The position numbers and the translations under genes are program-made. Positions 61,870-64,000 of a DNA stretch of 64,000 nt are shown in pieces (the stretch's first letter is position 1; every line of letters begins with the position of its first letter). The notes below the pieces were generated by a model, which was not told the DNA's origin, made no database searches, and saw nothing but the letters and a program-made list of their open reading frames with translations. Location: the NCBI GenBank assembly GCA_977017575.1, contig CDRNVI010000024.1, positions 248,001 to 312,000 of the forward strand, written 5' to 3'. This DNA is from Paramoeba atlantica (taxonomy: Eukaryota > Protista > Discosea).

Positions 61870-63759
61870 CTACAACTTTTTCCTCGCGATACGATGTAAT
61901 GCAAGAAATGCCAGTACACGCAACAGCACGAAAATCCCTGCCATTGACAAATACAGTACCCAATACTCGTTGACTCGGGTATCAAATCCGTATGAGCGAA
62001 TCACATCCGACCCTTTGTGAAACATACGCTCGCAGAGGCTTCCGTACTTCTCGATGTCACAGTCAATGTGATGCAGACTAGTAAATTCCAGACGCGACAT
62101 TGCGACAAAGGCATATCGCACAATACTAATCTTTTCTAGCCATAACCAGTAAGGGTCTAATCGTCCCGAACTCGCGAGTAGTCCCCCACTGAGTAGCATG
62201 GGTACAATTACAACAGGAACTACCGCAGAGGCGACATGGAAATTCGGGCAGCACGTACTCACTAACATGCCAAGACTTGTGCCACAGAGGTAGGAGAGTA
62301 CCATCGTACCACAGAGGGCAAAATATACCGTGGCTGTGGGACTGAGACCTGTGATAAGGTACACTATGGTGAACATGAGAACGGCAAGACCAATGTGGAA
62401 AGGGGTCTCAGCGATTCCTTTTCCCAGGAAGTACCACAACGGGGAGTACGCTCCTGCGTGTTGTTCACGAAGAAAAACAGCTTTTTCTTTGGAGATGGTA
62501 TTCACAACACCCATTGCTCCGGAGAACATCGTGAATGTAGTCAACATGAAGAGCAATCCCATGCGATCTTGTACCGAAGTCTGATCGGTTCCCAACTTCA
62601 TAAAGACCAGACCAATGATCAAACCGAATCCCATGGCTTGTACCATTTGCGCCGTCATAAAAAACCGGTCGCGTAGGAGATTGCGGTATGAACGTGTAGT
62701 GAGCTCGTACAGTTGTGTCATTGCGGTTGAAGTCTTGCTGCATTTCTCTACTAGCGTGGAACTAGGTGTATCGATAGCGGTTGCGGCAGAGAAAGTAGCT
62801 GTACATTTGTTTTTTTGAGGTTTTTGCGTCTTCACGTTTTCATCAACTCTTGTTGTGGATCCAGCGGATAAGTCGCTTTTCTTTCGATTCTGCCAGTCTA
62901 TTATCAGTTTTTCGCCTATGCTCTCATCTTGCATGAGTACCATAAAATAATCTGTTGGAGTATGATGATCCGGACATACAAATCCCAATGCTGCGAAATA
63001 CTGTATTGCGTGACGACATGGCCCATCATATATTACTTGTCCCTTCACGAGCAGAAGCAGGTCGTCAAATGTAGCAACAACATCAGCCGACGGTTGATGA
63101 ATCGTGCACACAACGGTGTGTCCGCTGCGTGCCAGATCATGTAAAAGTTGCATAACTGTTTCAGCTGTTACAGAGTCAAGCCCGCTGGTTGGTTCATCAA
63201 GCAATAAAATCTTGGGGTTCGTGATGAGTTCCACAGCGATGTTGGTGCGCTTACGTTCCCCTCCCGAGAGTCCTCGAACCAATCCTGGGGTCCCAATAAC
63301 GGTGTTCTTACAGTCTGAAAGCAAGAGTTGCTTTAATACCTCCTCCGTACGCGCTTTGGCACGCTCGGGTGACATTCCTGCTCGAACGCGAGCCGAGAAA
63401 TACAACTCTTCGAATGGAGTTGCAGTTTCGAACAGGATATCGTCTTGAGTTACGAAGGCAGCTAGGGAGCGATGTTTCGAAGTCCAGGGCTCTTGATCTA
63501 ACGAAATGTTACCAGACAGTACGTGATTTTGATCTGTACGTAACCGATCACTCAAAACATTCAAGAGGGTAGACTTCCCCGCCCCACTAGCGCCCATTAC
63601 GGCGAGCAATCGAAAAGGTCGAGCTGTACCGCTCACATTTATTAATATATTGCAAGGTGCTGTCTTCTTGTTTACTCTAACCGAGTAGTTCAAATGTTCC
63701 CAGGACAACACGACGCTTCCGGATTGCTTTGTCTCGTCTGGAGTATTAAATTCGGTCAT
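61870..63759 (-). CDS. ABCG (White-family) half transporter
   Basis: GASGAGKST, LSGGERKR, LLLDEPTSGLD and a C-terminal ABC2 membrane domain. Alternative upstream ATG at 63879. Confidence 0.93.
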   Translation of the reverse strand: MTEFNTPDETKQSGSVVLSWEHLNYSVRVNKKTAPCNILINVSGTARPFRLLAVMGASGAGKSTLLNVLSDRLRTDQNHVLSGNISLDQEPWTSKHRSLAAFVTQDDILFETATPFEELYFSARVRAGMSPERAKARTEEVLKQLLLSDCKNTVIGTPGLVRGLSGGERKRTNIAVELITNPKILLLDEPTSGLDSVTAETVMQLLHDLARSGHTVVCTIHQPSADVVATFDDLLLLVKGQVIYDGPCRHAIQYFAALGFVCPDHHTPTDYFMVLMQDESIGEKLIIDWQNRKKSDLSAGSTTRVDENVKTQKPQKNKCTATFSAATAIDTPSSTLVEKCSKTSTAMTQLYELTTRSYRNLLRDRFFMTAQMVQAMGFGLIIGLVFMKLGTDQTSVQDRMGLLFMLTTFTMFSGAMGVVNTISKEKAVFLREQHAGAYSPLWYFLGKGIAETPFHIGLAVLMFTIVYLITGLSPTATVYFALCGTMVLSYLCGTSLGMLVSTCCPNFHVASAVVPVVIVPMLLSGGLLASSGRLDPYWLWLEKISIVRYAFVAMSRLEFTSLHHIDCDIEKYGSLCERMFHKGSDVIRSYGFDTRVNEYWVLYLSMAGIFVLLRVLAFLALHRIARKKL

Positions 63760-64000
63760 GAGGTATACCTCTAGATAAGTAGTTTCCAGTGAAAACCGAA
63801 TGTACAAAGTAAAGAATGCTGTGACTAAAATATATTTTTTTTCATAAAAAGAGTGTAACAAATCTTTTTTACAATGCATCTCAACAATCTACAGGCTACG
63901 CGTTGTGATCACTAAACGTATCAGCTCAGATAGATACAAGTATAAAGATAAATACAGGTATAAACCTAGGGACATGATAAGTCACCCCCCTCTAAAATTT

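Overview
Eukaryotic, kinetoplastid-like (Euglenozoa) genomic DNA. About 22 intron-less host genes all lie on the minus strand, as expected for a polycistronic unit. They include CstF64, Aha1, MPP-alpha, type II pantothenate kinase, GDP-mannose pyrophosphorylase, RBX1, ATR, RPA1, MSH4, otubain, a DEAD-box helicase, dCMP deaminase and an ABCG transporter. The window also carries two tandem spliced-leader (SL) RNA genes next to a 5S rRNA gene. Transposon-rich islands lie at about 9.5-10.8, 14.5-27, 38.3-42.7 and 50.6-54.3 kb, with Tc1/mariner, pogo, Harbinger/ISL2EU-like, DIRS/VIPER-like RT, RLE non-LTR, foldback-like, SINE-like and bacterial IS30-like sequences. Five observations stand out. (1) Each SL RNA gene has a divergent A-box/B-box/T4 pseudo-tRNA about 95-100 bp upstream, the layout of trypanosomatid Pol III snRNA promoters. 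(2) Three clustered genes carry 13 copies of a C-x2-H...C-x5-C putative zinc finger I do not recognise; one gene is missing from the ORF track. (3) The pantothenate kinase has no AUG before its conserved ATP-binding motif, implying GUG initiation. (4) A 403-bp highly structured element with a 12-bp TSD begins with a perfect palindrome. (5) A decayed IS30 transposase sits in eukaryotic context. All calls are by eye; no searches were run.
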